Source: Callorhinchus milii (taxonomy: Eukaryota). From it: a stretch of DNA of 64,000 nt. The notes under the pieces are model-generated. The model ran no database searches. It was given only the letters and a program-made list of their open reading frames with translations, and was not told the origin of the DNA. Within the stretch, counting starts at the first letter, position 1, and each line of letters opens with the position of its first letter. The stretch spans positions 29,700,001 through 29,764,000 of the forward strand of contig NW_024704743.1 in assembly GCF_018977255.1 (NCBI RefSeq). The letters run 5' to 3'. This document shows, piece by piece, positions 1 through 12,145 of this stretch. Position numbers and translations under genes: made by a program.

Positions 1-520
1 CCAAGGAGATGCCACCTAGCAGCAATCAACTGGTTGGAGACCCCTTGTTGCTTCTTAGTCGCATCGTACACATCTCTTTGGAATTGTGTTTGAATAGTTT
101 TGTTTCAGATTTCAGAAGAAAAAATGATGATCTCAGATACGGTCCTTTGCATCAGACTCACAGAATGATTGTTCTGTCTAAACAGGTATGTCCCATTCAA
201 AGAAATCTTTCAGAGAGAAACAATCAAAAGCCAGGAAATGTAACGGTAAAGGTTGTGGCACGATCACATCATTGATAAATGTAGTCAATGAGGCCAGTTA
301 ATAAAAGACTGGCTATCCATCCCACTATTACTATGTTTGGGCGTGAAACAGCCCACAGTGGCCAGTGAATTTCTGGTTCATACTATTGCAGTGCCAGCTA
401 GCTAGTAAGTTAGTTATCTTATTAACCAAAAAAGATCAGTGTTAAGCTGCTCTCACGATCCATGGGCCAGAAGTGCATTGGTTGCCTTGAGCTGATTTCT
501 GGTTCAACCATCGTGATGCT
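1..520 (-). mobile_element. Highly decayed Gypsy/Ty3-like LTR retrotransposon integrase fragment
   Basis: Manual minus-strand translation across stops and frameshifts gives integrase-like motifs in the expected order: GS*EQLNTDLF (cf. PWQKxxTDLF), LIDY, SLKDFFEWDIP (cf. LKxIFARxGIP), YDAT...GVSNQLIAAR (cf. YRATP...GxSPAQLxxGR). Confidence 0.4.
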
Positions 521-629
521 GTTGGATGGGGAGGAGCAAGAACACACCACTTCGAGAGTAGTCAGTCTTGTTCTTCATTGATGTGGTTGATTGTATTTAT
601 CACCAGTATAAAAATGATCATACAATACA

Positions 630-735
630 ATATAAAATGACATTTGTATAATGCATTTCACGTCGGGAGTACGTCCCTAGGTACTGGATAGTCAGAGATT
701 TAGACCCGAGCTGGGGGTTGGGATCTAAGAGGATC
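630..735 (-). mobile_element. L2 LINE 3' end (subfamily A tail)
   Basis: catttcacgtcgggagtacgtccc is the reverse complement of the L2 3' stem-loop seen at 34236-34260. Confidence 0.8.
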
Positions 736-959
736 AGGATTAACTCAATACATGTCCCAATTTTTGCCCCATCTCAGCTGTACCAAGTGATATTCAATAC
801 TTGAAAACTGACTCCAAAGGTTACTCTTTGATGTGAAAGTTAAGAATCAAAGGGTGGGCAAGAGAAATTTGCCATATGTGGTAGGATAATTTGTAATTGA
901 CATGATAATTGTCACCATTTGATAATTATCACATTCTATAAATCTCCCCTCAATATCAG

Positions 960-1378
960 TGTGTCAGCTTGGCTCAGTTGTAGCACTCATGCTTCTGAGT
1001 CAGAAGGTTGTGGGTTAAAATCCCATGTCAAGACTTGAACTTACAGAGTCTAACCTGACACTCCAATGCAATGCTAGAGATATGTTGCATTGTTGGAGAT
1101 ACCATCCTTCAGATGAAACCTTACATCGAGATCTCGTCTGCCTGTTCATGTGGACATCAAAGACACCACAGCATTATAAGAAAAGAGAAGGGAGTTTCTC
1201 CTGGTGTCCCGGCCAACAATCCCCCCCAAATAAAAATAGGTCATTCATTTCATAGCTGTTTGTGGGACATTGTCCTGCCGCATTTGCCTACAAATCCATA
1301 GTTACTCCATTTCACAATAATTCCTGTGAAACATTTTCCAAATCAATAAGGTGCTATACCAAATGCAAGGATTATTTT
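960..1378 (+). mobile_element. SacSINE1/AmnSINE-like Deu-domain tRNA SINE, near full length
   Basis: Head tggctcagttgtagcactc...ctgagtcagaaggttgtgggtt; body ctgcctgttcatgtggac; tttgtgggacattg block; tail aaatgcaaggattatt. Homologous to 10538-10970, 17298-17712 and 32220-32645. Confidence 0.85.
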
Positions 1379-2039
1379 AAAATGTTATGTCATTTGCACC
1401 TCCAACCACACTCTGAAATAGGCTGGTTTATTTGCTGTAAGGATTATGTATCTTTTTAGTTACACATGCATGAATATGTTGTGAATATACATTTGCTTTA
1501 TTGCTTCAGTAGAAACTCTTTGAAAAGATTTTTTTACAATAATAACTCTTTAAACATTCCAATTAGTCATACTCATAACAACCAGTGAAGCTGCTAGAAC
1601 CCATGCTACAAACAAGATTATTTTTGTCAACCTCAAATGTACAAAGCTGGTTTCAGAGGCTCTTCAGAATTGCTAACTCAGTAACTGAGATGTTTAGTTC
1701 AAGAGTTTTTCCATAACAGCAGTTTAACAGAACCAAATAGGATACTTAGTACTGGATGAGATGCCAAGTGTTTTTTCATTACTCAGACATATGGACGCGA
1801 CTTTCCACCTTACATCACTGTCACCATAGTGAAGGGCTTTGCAAAGGTTATCTGTGGAATAGATAGGGGATTAATGACCTGATGAAGTTGGATCAGATGC
1901 TTGTAAGTTAGTCTTCTGATGAGAAACTGATATAGTTTGGGATGTAAAACATGGTAATTGCAAACAGGATTGATTAATTAATTAAGGAATCTGTATGGAG
2001 TTACTTCCAGTAACTGAATGTGTATCATGCATGTCACAA

Positions 2040-2200
2040 CAAATTATAATAATTCTTGCAATTGATATAGTGAAACATCTCAAAGCGCTTTCCACGGTTC
2101 TCTGTAAAGTGCAGTGACAATATTCATAGCCAATAGGGCAGCTAATTATTAAGGATAGCAATGAACCAAATAACCGCGAAGTGAATGACCAATTTTATCT
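2040..2200 (-). mobile_element. Deu-type SINE 3' fragment
   Basis: aataattcttgcaattgatatag...ctcaaagcgcttt...aagtgaatgaccaattttatc matches the reverse complement of the SINE 3' half. Confidence 0.65.
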
Positions 2201-2357
2201 GGGGGACTGGATGTGGGGGAGGAAAGACAGCTGAGGTTCGAACTGGACACCGAAAGAGCGCACTGGTTCGATAGTGTGTGGGAGAGCCCAAGGAGGTTGA
2301 GGAGTTCAGATCCACAGGTGTGAAGACATTGATGGGATCCAAGGAGTATGGCTTCTG
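2201..2357 (-). mobile_element. L2 LINE ORF2 internal fragment
   Basis: Translates EAILLGSHQCLHTCGS...(F)[10 protein letters not shown], matching the L2 ORF at 49184-50452. Confidence 0.75.
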
Positions 2358-2868
2358 ACTCCAAGGTGATGGGATGTCGGAATCGAGCCAGCCCTCTGTG
2401 GCGATCTTGGTAGTCCAGTTCTTGAGCCAAGTGGGTCCATAGTATTTCAGGGCACTGCTGATGACAGTACATTGACAGGCTCATTGGCAGGATGTGGAAT
2501 GGCAGACCAGTTTCTGGGGACAGGGAGAATCCCTCAGCTCCTGTTAACTCCGCAAGCCAAAGCCGTAATCGGTAGGATGGTCCTAGCTGGACAAGCAGTG
2601 GTAAAACTTGGCAGACAGCAATATCAATGGCAAGCTATGCGGTTTCAGCTGATTAGACTCCAACAGTACCCCAATGCACATTCTGGGATCCCCAAGCCTC
2701 GGCTCTTGCCAACCTGCGTTCCCTCCAGGGGGAGAGTGCACAATCCATTCCAACAATCTATCTCTGGCATTCCCATATGTAGATGGGATGCATAGGAATC
2801 TCAGTTTGGTTTCGATACTCTTAAGCATGGTGATGGGTTTCCACATGTGTCAGACACCTGACTGACCA
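2358..2868. repeat. Unclassified ~500-bp interspersed repeat (family X), copy 1
   Basis: Colinear with 25230-25765 and 63380-63680 (agggcactgctgatgacag; aatgcacattctgggatcccc); its terminal block cttaagcatggtgatgggtttccacatgtgtcagacac also occurs inverted at 8838-8880 and 35065-35115. Confidence 0.8.
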
Positions 2869-2874
2869 AAATAA

Positions 2875-3070
2875 AAAACTTTTTTTCAAATAGTGCTATG
2901 GGATCATTAACGTCCACTTGAACAGGCAGATGGTCCCTCAATTTATTGTCTGATCTGAAGGATGGCACCTCCAACAATAGAGTGCTCCACTAGCATTGCA
3001 CTCGAGTCTCTGTCTAAACTGATAGCTCAAACTCCTAACATGAGGATTGAATCCACAGCCTTGCTGGACT
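2875..3070 (-). mobile_element. SacSINE1-like Deu SINE 5'/central fragment
   Basis: gctatgggatcattaacgtccacttgaacaggcagatgg...ctgaaggatggcacctcc matches 10770-10860. Confidence 0.75.
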
Positions 3071-3229
3071 GTTGCTCAAAAAATTATTGAATCAGAGCAG
3101 AGTTCCCACGAGTCAGCATGATGGATTTCCAGATTTCTAAATTTAAGAATCACATTTGAATCTCCAGATTTTCAGATCATAATCTGCTCTTCTCAAATTG
3201 TATCCTATCCTCTACCAACCCTCCCCCTT

Positions 3230-3251
3230 CCTCTCTCACACACACACACAC
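3230..3251. repeat. (CT)/(CA) microsatellite
   Basis: ctctctcacacacacacacac. Confidence 0.8.
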
Positions 3252-3699
3252 TATTTGCAGCTGTCACAATGTATTAAGAGAATGCAATAGTTGTTCCAAG
3301 ATGAAAGATATATATTGGCACTTGGCTTCGGAACGCATAGCTTTTACAACAAAATAGCATGCATACAATTTAGGATGTACCGAACATCAAATACAAGTAT
3401 TAATTTCAGTTCAGCTGACTTCCTCAACTGCATACTCTGAAGAGTTTATTAGCTGATGCTGTGTATGGTCAATATGGTGCCATACGTGCCAAATCTGAGT
3501 GATCCATTGCAGAGAATATGACCTGAATTGTTCTGTGTGATCAGCTGCTGTTCTTGGGTCTCAATCTATGTGTACTCAATTCTCCCATTCAGTACATCTA
3601 TAGTTTGCATAAAACACCCATCTTCATCCACCTTATTAATCTATTCTCTTCGTAATTGGAAAATTACAACTGTTTTTTAAACGTGAGAATAGATTTATC

Positions 3700-3872
3700 A
3701 CAACAACAACAACAAGATTGCATTTATAGAGCGCCTTTCACGTTGGGAGGACGTCCCAAGGCGCTGGACAGTTGGGTCGGGACCCGAGCAGGGGGGAACT
3801 GGTCAGGGTGAGGGGAGGAAAGGGAGGGAGCGAGGAGGACGTAGCGAGTCGAGAGGGAGGTGAAGGCACAAC
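3700..3872 (-). mobile_element. L2 LINE 3' end (subfamily A, young)
   Basis: (CAA)n tail plus gcgcctttcacgttgggaggacgtcccaaggcgc; close to 29218-29380. Confidence 0.9.
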
Positions 3873-3877
3873 CTGTA

Positions 3878-4178
3878 TACAACTTAGGCATCAGTTTGAT
3901 CCCTAGCAGTCCTTCCTACCCATATCCGGTCCTGACTAGGAACAGTTTTCTCCACCTCTGCTGCATTGCTTGTCTCCAACCATACCTCATACGCTGCTGA
4001 AATCATATCCACGCATTCGTCACCATCTGCCTCAATTTTTCAAATGCCCTTCTTGCTGGTCTCACCAGTTCCATCATTCACAAAATTCAATTAGTTCAAA
4101 ACTCTGTCACCCATATCCTCACCCACATCAAACTACATATCCATATCACACCAGTTTGTGCCTGGCTCCACTAGCTCT
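3878..4178 (+). mobile_element. Decayed L2 ORF2 fragment
   Basis: aacttaggcatcagtttgatccc (NLGxxFDP), gctgctgaaatcatatccacgcattcgtcacc (AAETLIHAFVT). Confidence 0.7.
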
Positions 4179-4182
4179 CCAT

Positions 4183-4438
4183 AATAATAATAATCCTTGC
4201 ATTTGATATAGTGCCTTATCACATCTTCGACATGTCTCAAAGCGCTTCACAGAATATACTGTAGGGTGGACTGACTGTGTATTTTGTGGGTAAAACACGG
4301 CAGCCAATTGCGCACAGCAGTGTCCCACAAACAGTCATGGATTAAGTGACAAAATTATTATTAATTATTTATTTTTTGAACTGATTATTACCTCTGGAAA
4401 GTGATTCTCCAATCGACTAACATCTAGGTTCTATTGCA
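4183..4438 (-). mobile_element. tRNA-Ala-type Deu SINE, long form, 5'-truncated
   Basis: aataataatccttgcatttgatatag...gcagccaattgcgcacagcagtgtcccacaaacag...ccaatcgactaac. Confidence 0.85.
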
Positions 4439-4471
4439 GAATAATATATAATATAATAATAATATCCTATT

Positions 4472-4845
4472 GCAGAATGGATCAATATCAAGCTTTTCAC
4501 ACTCCCACACAAATTACTTCTTGCACCTCCCTACCACTTCCATCCCACTCCTCTACCCACACCACTCGCTCAGGTAGCTCTAGCCGCCCGCACATTCATT
4601 GTCCCCTCTGCTCCACCATCAGTGACCATGATTCCAGCTGCCATGTCCCCGTACTCTGGAATTCTCTGCCTCAATCCCTCAGCCTTGCCCCCCTTTTGAT
4701 TATATCTGAAGATCTTCTTCTTTGATTGTGCTTATGGTCACCTCCCGTCTCTCTCTAGCTTGGCGTCAAGCTCTGCTAGCGTTAAATATTCTGTGATGCT
4801 ACCCCTCATGAAGGGCGCTATATAAATGCAAGTTGTTGTTGTTGT
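4472..4845 (+). mobile_element. L2 LINE 3' end (subfamily B tail)
   Basis: ctctggaattctctgcctcaatccc (LWNSLPQS); tail gatgctacccctcatgaagggcgctatataaatgcaagttgttgttgttg. Confidence 0.85.
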
Positions 4846-5176
4846 ATGATCCTTAGCTTCATATCATAATTCAGTTCTAACATCTGGAATAACTCCTTGT
4901 CCATCCCTAAGGTTTTTCAGAATAAATGTGTAATTATCAAGTTACTAAAGTATCAAATGTGTTGAAGAATGCACTGCTCAGCATATTTAATGTCTAAGAA
5001 ATTCAATCATAAAATGTACAGTACTTCTTACTAAGAAATCAGTTGAGAAATGCTGTAAATTGGACCCCGTTTGATAATTCCTTTATCACCTCAAATGCCA
5101 AGTGCGTGGTGATGTTGGACTTCCTCAAATCCAAAGTCATGGGAATCCACTCAGCTGCCGCTGCACTACAACTGCT

Positions 5177-6758
5177 ACCCCCCTCCCCATATCCTCTTCC
5201 CACCCCAGCCACTACCCACCCCTCCCTCCACACCTTTGAACCAGTCTCGCCATTTGCTGAAACCCATCACCTGCTCCCTGGACCCCATCCCTACCCCCCT
5301 CCTTACCACCCAGCTCCATCTCCTTGCTCCTCTACTCACTGACATCATTAACATCTCCATGTCCTCTGGTACTGTTCCCATCCCTTTAAAAAACACTATC
5401 ATCATTCCTATCCTCCCTGGACCCATCTCTAGTCTCTAACTACCGATCCATCTCCAACCTCCCTTTCCTCTCCAAGGTCCTGGAACAAGCTGTTGCTTCT
5501 CAGCTTCGCGCTTTCCTCTCCCGCCACTACCTTCTCGAACTCCTCCAATCGGGCTTCCGTGCCGCCCACAGCACAGAAACCGCTCTGGTCAAAGTGCCAA
5601 ATGACATTCTGTCCATCTGCAACCAGAGCTCCCTCTGCCTCCTCGTCCTCCTTGACCTCTCTGCTGCTTTCGACACCGTCGACCACTCTATCCTCCAACC
5701 CCCGGACCGTCTTATGTGGGCTCAGGGCTCTGTCTTTGGTCCCCTCCTCTTCAATATCTATATGCTCCCCCTTGGTGACATTATCCGCAGACACGGGGTC
5801 AACTTCCACATGTATACGAATGACACCCAACTCTATCTCTCCGCCTCCACCCTTGACTCCAGGACCACTGCTGTCCTGACAGAATGTCTGTCAGACATCA
5901 AGTCCTGGATGAGAGATAATTTTCTTCAGTCTTCTCCTGATGGGCGCCTCCTCACCTCTGGCGCTGACAGCATCACCATCCATGGTTGCACACTCCACCT
6001 TGCTAAGCCAGTCTGGAACCTTGGAGTCTTGTTCGACCCTCAACTATCCTTTCTACCCCACATTCGCACCATGACCCGCTCTGCCTTCCCCCACCTCCGC
6101 AACGTCGCCCGGCTCCGACACCGTCTCACACCGCAGGCTGCTGAAACCCTCATACGTGCCTTCATTACATCGAGGCTCGACTACGCAAACTCACTGCTTG
6201 TCAGCCTCCCCAACTCTTCCCTCCACAGGCTCCAGATCATCCAAACTCTGCAGCCTGTGTCCTCTCCTGCACCAGGCTCCGTAACCCTATCATCCCCATC
6301 CTTGCCCAACTCCACTGGCTTCCCATCACACAGAGGATACAGTTCGAGATCCTGGTCCTCACCATCAAAGCTCTCTACAGTCTTGCTCCCCCCTACCTCT
6401 CTGACTTCCTAACCCCCTACCATCCTGTTCGCTCCTTCCGCTCAGCGGGCTCCAGCCTGCTTCACATCCCCGACCTTGCTTGCCCCATTAGCGGTGGACA
6501 GGCCTTCCACCACTCTGCACTCACTCTCTGGAACTCCATCCCGTACTCCCTCCGTCTCACCCCCTCCCTCGCCACCTTCAAGACCCACCTAAAGATCCTC
6601 CTCTTCAACCGTGCCTTTGATCTCCCTGCTTCCCCCCCTGCCCTCCACCCTCCCCCACCCCGACCCTCAGCTAGGGTCCATAACTCTGTTTGTCCAGCAC
6701 CTTGGGACATCCTCCCGACGTGATAGGCGTTATACAAACGTAATTTTACTGTTGTTGT
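5177..6758 (+). mobile_element. L2 LINE, 5'-truncated (~1.6 kb), RT pseudogene with internal deletions
   Basis: ORF 5594-6412 has [51 protein letters not shown]; upstream NYRSISNLPFLSK and HSTETAL; 3' stem-loop gggacatcctcccgacgtg and (GTT) tail. Confidence 0.95.
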
Positions 6759-7754
6759 AAAAAGAAAGGACCGGGCATGATGTCTTTTGATAAATTTTAA
6801 TCCCTTTGTGCTGGATCACCAAAGAGATGTTATTAAGAATCTACATGCTGGTGGGGGCCCTTAGATTATTTGTCGATCTATAGACAATCTTTAAGTTTAA
6901 AATTTCTGAACTCCCATTACTTTGACTGATAGCACATGCCTCTCTGCATTCTGTTCAAGAGCAGAGAATTCCTGGCTGGAGAAAAGCTTGGATGTCAAAT
7001 TGAGGAAAGCTTGCATGAGCTTCACTACAGTTAAATGATTTGGGGGTCAGTTTTGTTTAATAGAGCACCCATAGTACACGTGAAGTATATCCAGTTGAAG
7101 GTTATAAGTCACACCTCTCGCCAGCTGTTTGTTCTAAATGAAATTTTAATTCTCAGACATTATTATTTTGCCGTCAGGGTTAAGTGGCTGCAAATCTGCT
7201 TATGCTCCTGGGTGGGGTGTTTAAATAACAACCTTTGCAGATTGAGGTGTGGGATTCGAGCAGATGTGTGTCTGTGAGTGGGGGCTGGGGTGGTGGGCGG
7301 GAGGTGGTGGTCTATAGTTTCTGCTGTACTGACGTTCAGTAGCAAAGAGGAATAACAGTGTTCAATCTAAAACTAATCCAACAATTCCAATAATGCATTG
7401 GAAACCCTTCTGTACAACATTGTTCCCCTTTTTTTAAAATCACTTGTGATCTTCTAATGTCGTCGTAGTAGCATTAAGAGAAAGGGGTACCTACACTAAC
7501 TTCACACAGGTCCCTGTTATTCTGCCTCGGGTGTGCATCCCCTCAATTCTGAAACCATCTTGCCAGGAAACTGGAAACCAAATAAATGGCAGCTCCCCAA
7601 TTTAAAGCTGCGATTATACTAAAGTTTTAGTGATGCAGAAAACACGTTAAATCAACTTTGAAAGTACAGTATAAGTGAGTCATGAGGTAAACCATAATTG
7701 GTAATGGAGCTCTGCTCAGTTATACATTATCCTGCTCAATCAGTAGCTCTCTCG

Positions 7755-7930
7755 ATGTCTCCCAATAATCTTGCAGATAAAATTGGTCATTCACTTCCTA
7801 GTTGTTTGTGGGACATTACTGTGCACAAATTAGCTGTCACATTCACCTACAAATACACAGTCACTACATTCTTCAATAAATCCTTTGAAGCGCTTTGAGA
7901 CATTTCAATGACATGATAATGCACGTATTA
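7755..7930 (+). mobile_element. Deu-type SINE 3' half
   Basis: ataaaattggtcattcacttcc...tttgtgggacattactgtgcacaaattagctg...gaagcgctttgagac. Confidence 0.8.
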
Positions 7931-8829
7931 TTGTGTCTAGTTATTGCCTTGAAATCACCACTCAATCCATTTAATTCTGGATATCATTAACCCACAGAGA
8001 TTAGTATTTAGACTGAAGGTTAATTAATTCACTTTGAATAAATATGGAGCTCATCTGAGAATTATGTGATTGCCAAAGAGAAAGGAGTCTACCATGACAG
8101 TATCCAGAGGTAATTGGAACAAAATGGACCAATAGGTATTGTCTGGCAAGTGGTAGAAAAATAAGCGAGCCATGGAATCCAATTGGAAATGTAACACAGC
8201 ACATTGAATACTTATCAGGGATTTTGCTAACCTTGATAAGATTTGATACCGCATCACATTCGCATTGTGTTGCAATTTAATGTTTCATTGCACTGCTAGA
8301 TGTTACCAGAATAATTCAACAGATATGAAACATAATATATAATATAGCCAAACCATATTGCAGCGCATCAGTCCTAGGAAGCAGAGTTTTGGGGTAAAGT
8401 AGTAGGTACAGACAACTGATTTTCATACATATGCTGTCTTCTCTCTTACTATTGTTTTCCAATGGGATTTTTAATCACACACAATACAATATTAAATTCC
8501 TGATTTTGAGCTGTTGTAAAATTAAATTAATAACTGGAAGCGTGCACAAAGCCCAGATGTAAAAGTATTGATTTGCTGGAAATATTCAAAATGTGGATAG
8601 AGCTGGCTCCTTCCAGAGAAAATGTGGAACACATTGGCCATCACTGCCATAAATCAAGAAATATTCAATCAAGAAACATTTATTTTGTTGTATAAACAAA
8701 TGCAAAATAACGCACATAACTCAGGCCTCTATCATAAATGACTTGTCTCTTATGAAACACAATATCAACAAGTGTCATGGTTTTCTATACACCACCTCTT
8801 CCTTCCTTTTGTCTGCCATTTTTTTTCTG

Positions 8830-9005
8830 GTCAAACAGATACCTGACACACGTGGAAACCCATCACCATACTTAAGAGCTATGTAAGTACTGTCTCTATT
8901 TACCTTCTATCAAGTGCATACTCTTTCCAAAACTGGATGCACTCTGGTTACCTAAGGTACAGAAAGCTAAGAACCAAAACTTGGGAATGTGCATCGAGGT
9001 TTAAC
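8830..9005. repeat. Family X repeat, terminal fragment, inverted relative to copy 1
   Basis: ctgacacacgtggaaacccatcaccatacttaagag is the reverse complement of 2818-2853; cttgggaatgtgcat matches 2673-2696. Confidence 0.65.
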
Positions 9006-9047
9006 AGTATCTAACATTACAATACATAAGCCTAACTACAACTGGGC

Positions 9048-9125
9048 TACAACAACATGCATTTATATAGCACCCTTCACATAGGTAGCATCTTGGAACT
9101 CTGAACAGTGGCAGAGCTTGATAGA
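9048..9125 (-). mobile_element. L2 3' tail (subfamily B)
   Basis: acaacaacatgcatttatatagcacccttcacataggtagcatc. Confidence 0.7.
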
Positions 9126-10014
9126 GATTAAAAGAAGGCGAGTATACACGTAATTCAGGGCCATGAACCATTGAGAAGCTCATGTACAGTATAAACTGCA
9201 AAAAATAATAAATGTAGATTAATCATTACCAGGAAATTAGTTCAGTTGCTCAGTTGGCGTCATAAATATGTCAGAATGGAACTTAAATATTTCAAAAAGT
9301 CATCTGAAGTCTTCAATGAAATTCCGCAGTTAACTCAATCTACAACAGTGTTTATATACACAAAATAGGGCTTTTTTTATGTCTAATTTTTCTGCTGAAA
9401 ATGAGAGAAAATCAGGAGGTGATGATGAGAGCGACACGGGGATGAGGGGTGACTAGACACAAAATAAATGGATAAACTTGGTGAAAATTAAGATTTATTT
9501 TGGAGCATCAAAAAATTCTCTAAATCAATCTGGATATCAACAAAACATTAACTTTTTTTAATTAAAAGAAACATTCACAGGTCAAAACAACAAATCGGAT
9601 TGAGTTTTTTTGAGCTAAGAATGCACATGTGAAGCAATGTCATGCATCCTGAAAACTGCCTCGCTGCAGTGCTAGTTTGGGGAATATACACGCAATGTTA
9701 CATGCATAAGCATTCCCATAATCTGCTTCCCTCCAACAGCATTCCATATCTACACATTCCTGGTACTAGCCGTGTAATAAGGAGAGTTTCAGATTGTGTG
9801 TGCACTGAAAGGATAGAATTGGAGAATTCTGTTTCCGAGATGGAATTTTTGTTACCAACTGGTTTTCACCCAAGCAAACAGGTATTTCTCTATGAAAACA
9901 GGTAAATAAAAAACTGTTTTAATGGTCCTCAATGATACACACTATCATACAGAGATAGTCGGTAGCAAAAATAACAATAAATAATTCAGCAGTTCCTTGC
10001 TGTATCAACAACAT

Positions 10015-10340
10015 CAATAATAACAACAAATTACATTTGTATAGCACCCTTTTACGTCGGGAGGATGCATTAACTGCAGTGCTTTGAGTCATTACAATAA
10101 CAGTCCTTGCATTTGATATAGCGTCTTATCACATGGTTAAGATGTCTTAAATCAATTCACAGAATATACTGTTAAGTGAATTGACTGTAAATTTGGTGGC
10201 CAAAATGCAGTAACCAATTGCACCTAGGGATGTCCACAAACAGTCGTGGATTGAGTGACCAAATTATTATTATTTTTGAAGAGCTTATTACCTCTGGAAA
10301 GCGATCCACCAATCAACTAACAACCGGGTTCCTACTTACA
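10015..10340 (-). mobile_element. L2 tail (10015-10070) followed by long-form tRNA-Ala-type Deu SINE fragment
   Basis: tttacgtcgggaggatg; then gtccttgcatttgatatagcg...gtccacaaacagtcgtggattgag...accgggttcctactta. Confidence 0.8.
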
Positions 10341-10537
10341 GCTCGCATACCCTTTGTGTTCTTCATAATTTTTTTGCAACCAGATGTGCATATGATGAAA
10401 CAAGGTTAATCAGTCTCAAAATGAGATGAGCCTATGTTCAATATTAACAGTAAACAAACTCAGCCACCGAGAGTGTTTGTTGACAGTGAAAATAGCCACA
10501 ATGAGCAAATGACCCCAATGATCAAATGACCTAAATT

Positions 10538-10970
10538 AACAACAATAAATAATCCTTCCATTTGGTACAGTGCCTTATCACATCATCGAGACATCTCAAA
10601 ACGCTTCAGAGGATATACTGTAAAGTGAATTGACTGTATTTTGTGGGAGAAACGCAGCAGCCAATTTGCACAAAACAATGTCCCACAAACAGCCATGAAG
10701 TGAATGATCAATATTATTTGGAGAATTGTTGGCAAGGACACCAGGAAAAACTTCCTTTCTTTTCGAATTGTGCCATGGGATCTTTAATGTCCACCTGAAT
10801 AGGCAGATGGGACCTCGGTTTGAAGGCTTGTCTGAAGGATGCCATCTCTGACAATGCAGCACACTCCCAGCACTGCATTGCAGTGTCAGCATTGACTATG
10901 TAATTCCAAGCCCGACATGGGGCTTGAGCCCACAAGCTTCTGACTCACAGGCGAGAGTGCTACCAGTGCA
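10538..10970 (-). mobile_element. SacSINE1-like Deu SINE, near full length
   Basis: Tail aataatccttccatttgg; Deu block gcagccaatttgcacaaaacaatgtcccacaaac; gccatgggatctttaatgtccacctg; head cttctgactcacaggcgagagtgctacc. Confidence 0.9.
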
Positions 10971-11877
10971 GCAGGATAACACCAAAATTGATGCAGTGCC
11001 AGTCCCCATAGAGGTTGTTTAACTATCAGAGGGAATGATATCTATTACCTAAGGCCATCTGGGGTAACGGATCCAGGGAATGGCCTGGAATTGACAAGGT
11101 TCATAAGAAGGTGCCAAAAAACTTCGTGACCTCAAGCAATCTTCCTAAGCTAAGATCAGCCATGGTCAACAACTGCTTTGGCACCTTAGGATCATGCAGT
11201 ATTGTTCAGAGAATTTTAGTTTGGATGACGAAGATCCTTTGGCCCATTTGATCTCATCCTTGCAAAACATCCACCCTAATGCCTTACATGCTTAATAGTC
11301 CTCCTGTTTTCAATGCTGGGAGAAGTCTATTAGGTGCTGTTTAAAGGATCTCAATTTATTTATTGTTATCCATGGTAATAATAATGATAACAATAATAAT
11401 CTGTTTATCTGTTTAAGGCAGTATTCTTTAAAGCATCATTGAATGGCCACAGCTCAAAATCTAAAGCTTCAACACCAGCAGCAGAAACTTCAAGAATCAG
11501 TAGAACGGTCACTTTTGTGCTTATGATTTGCTGGGTGGATGCACTCCTTAGTTCGGGTTAGAAAAGGGGTACTTTTTTCCTTAGCTTTAATATCATTAAA
11601 GTAGTTGATGAGGAATCACAGGCCATTTGCTGCTCCTAAAATATTCATACCTCAATAGTGCACGTACCCTGCTCAATGTGGGGAGGTGCACACGTGCAAA
11701 TGTAATGTCAGGGCAGTATTAAATTAGCCTTTCAGAGACAACACAAAACCTTGTGAATGATTATTACCAGCTTAGGATCACAACCTGCAATAATATACCA
11801 CGAGATCAGGAAGAGTAACACAATGGACTGCACTATAAGCAGAAACACTGCAACAAAAAACTTGCTGACTTGAAGGT

Positions 11878-12145
11878 ATAATAATAATATTCCTTGCATT
11901 TGTTATAACATCTTTAACATTGAGAACATTTCAAAGCACTTCACAGAGTTTTTCTGCAAAGTGTAGTAAATGTATGTTTGTGAGCAGAATGTGGCAGCCA
12001 ATTTGTGCACAGCAATGTCCCACAAACAGCCATAAAGTGAATGAACAATTTTATATAATGGATTGTTGGCCAGAACACCTTCTCTTTGTGAAAGGGATCT
12101 TTAATGTTCACTGAATTAGCAGACGGGCTTCGGTTTAATATTTTT
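11878..12145 (-). mobile_element. Deu-type SINE, decayed
   Basis: ttccttgcatttg...gtggcagccaatttgtgcacagcaatgtcccacaaacagcc...gggatctttaatgttcac. Confidence 0.8.

Noticed and set aside
109..191. Plus-strand exon-like segment (ttcag...CAG/gtatgt) in ORF 9-275
   Set aside because: Peptide unrecognisable; the region is better explained as antisense of a decayed integrase
2808..2830. Hammerhead-like words on the minus strand of family X (CTTAAGAGTATCGAAAC), suggesting a Penelope ribozyme
   Set aside because: The core needs CUGANGA; copies read CTTAAGA or CGTAAGA, the CGAAAC part is not kept in other copies, and I cannot build the flanking helices
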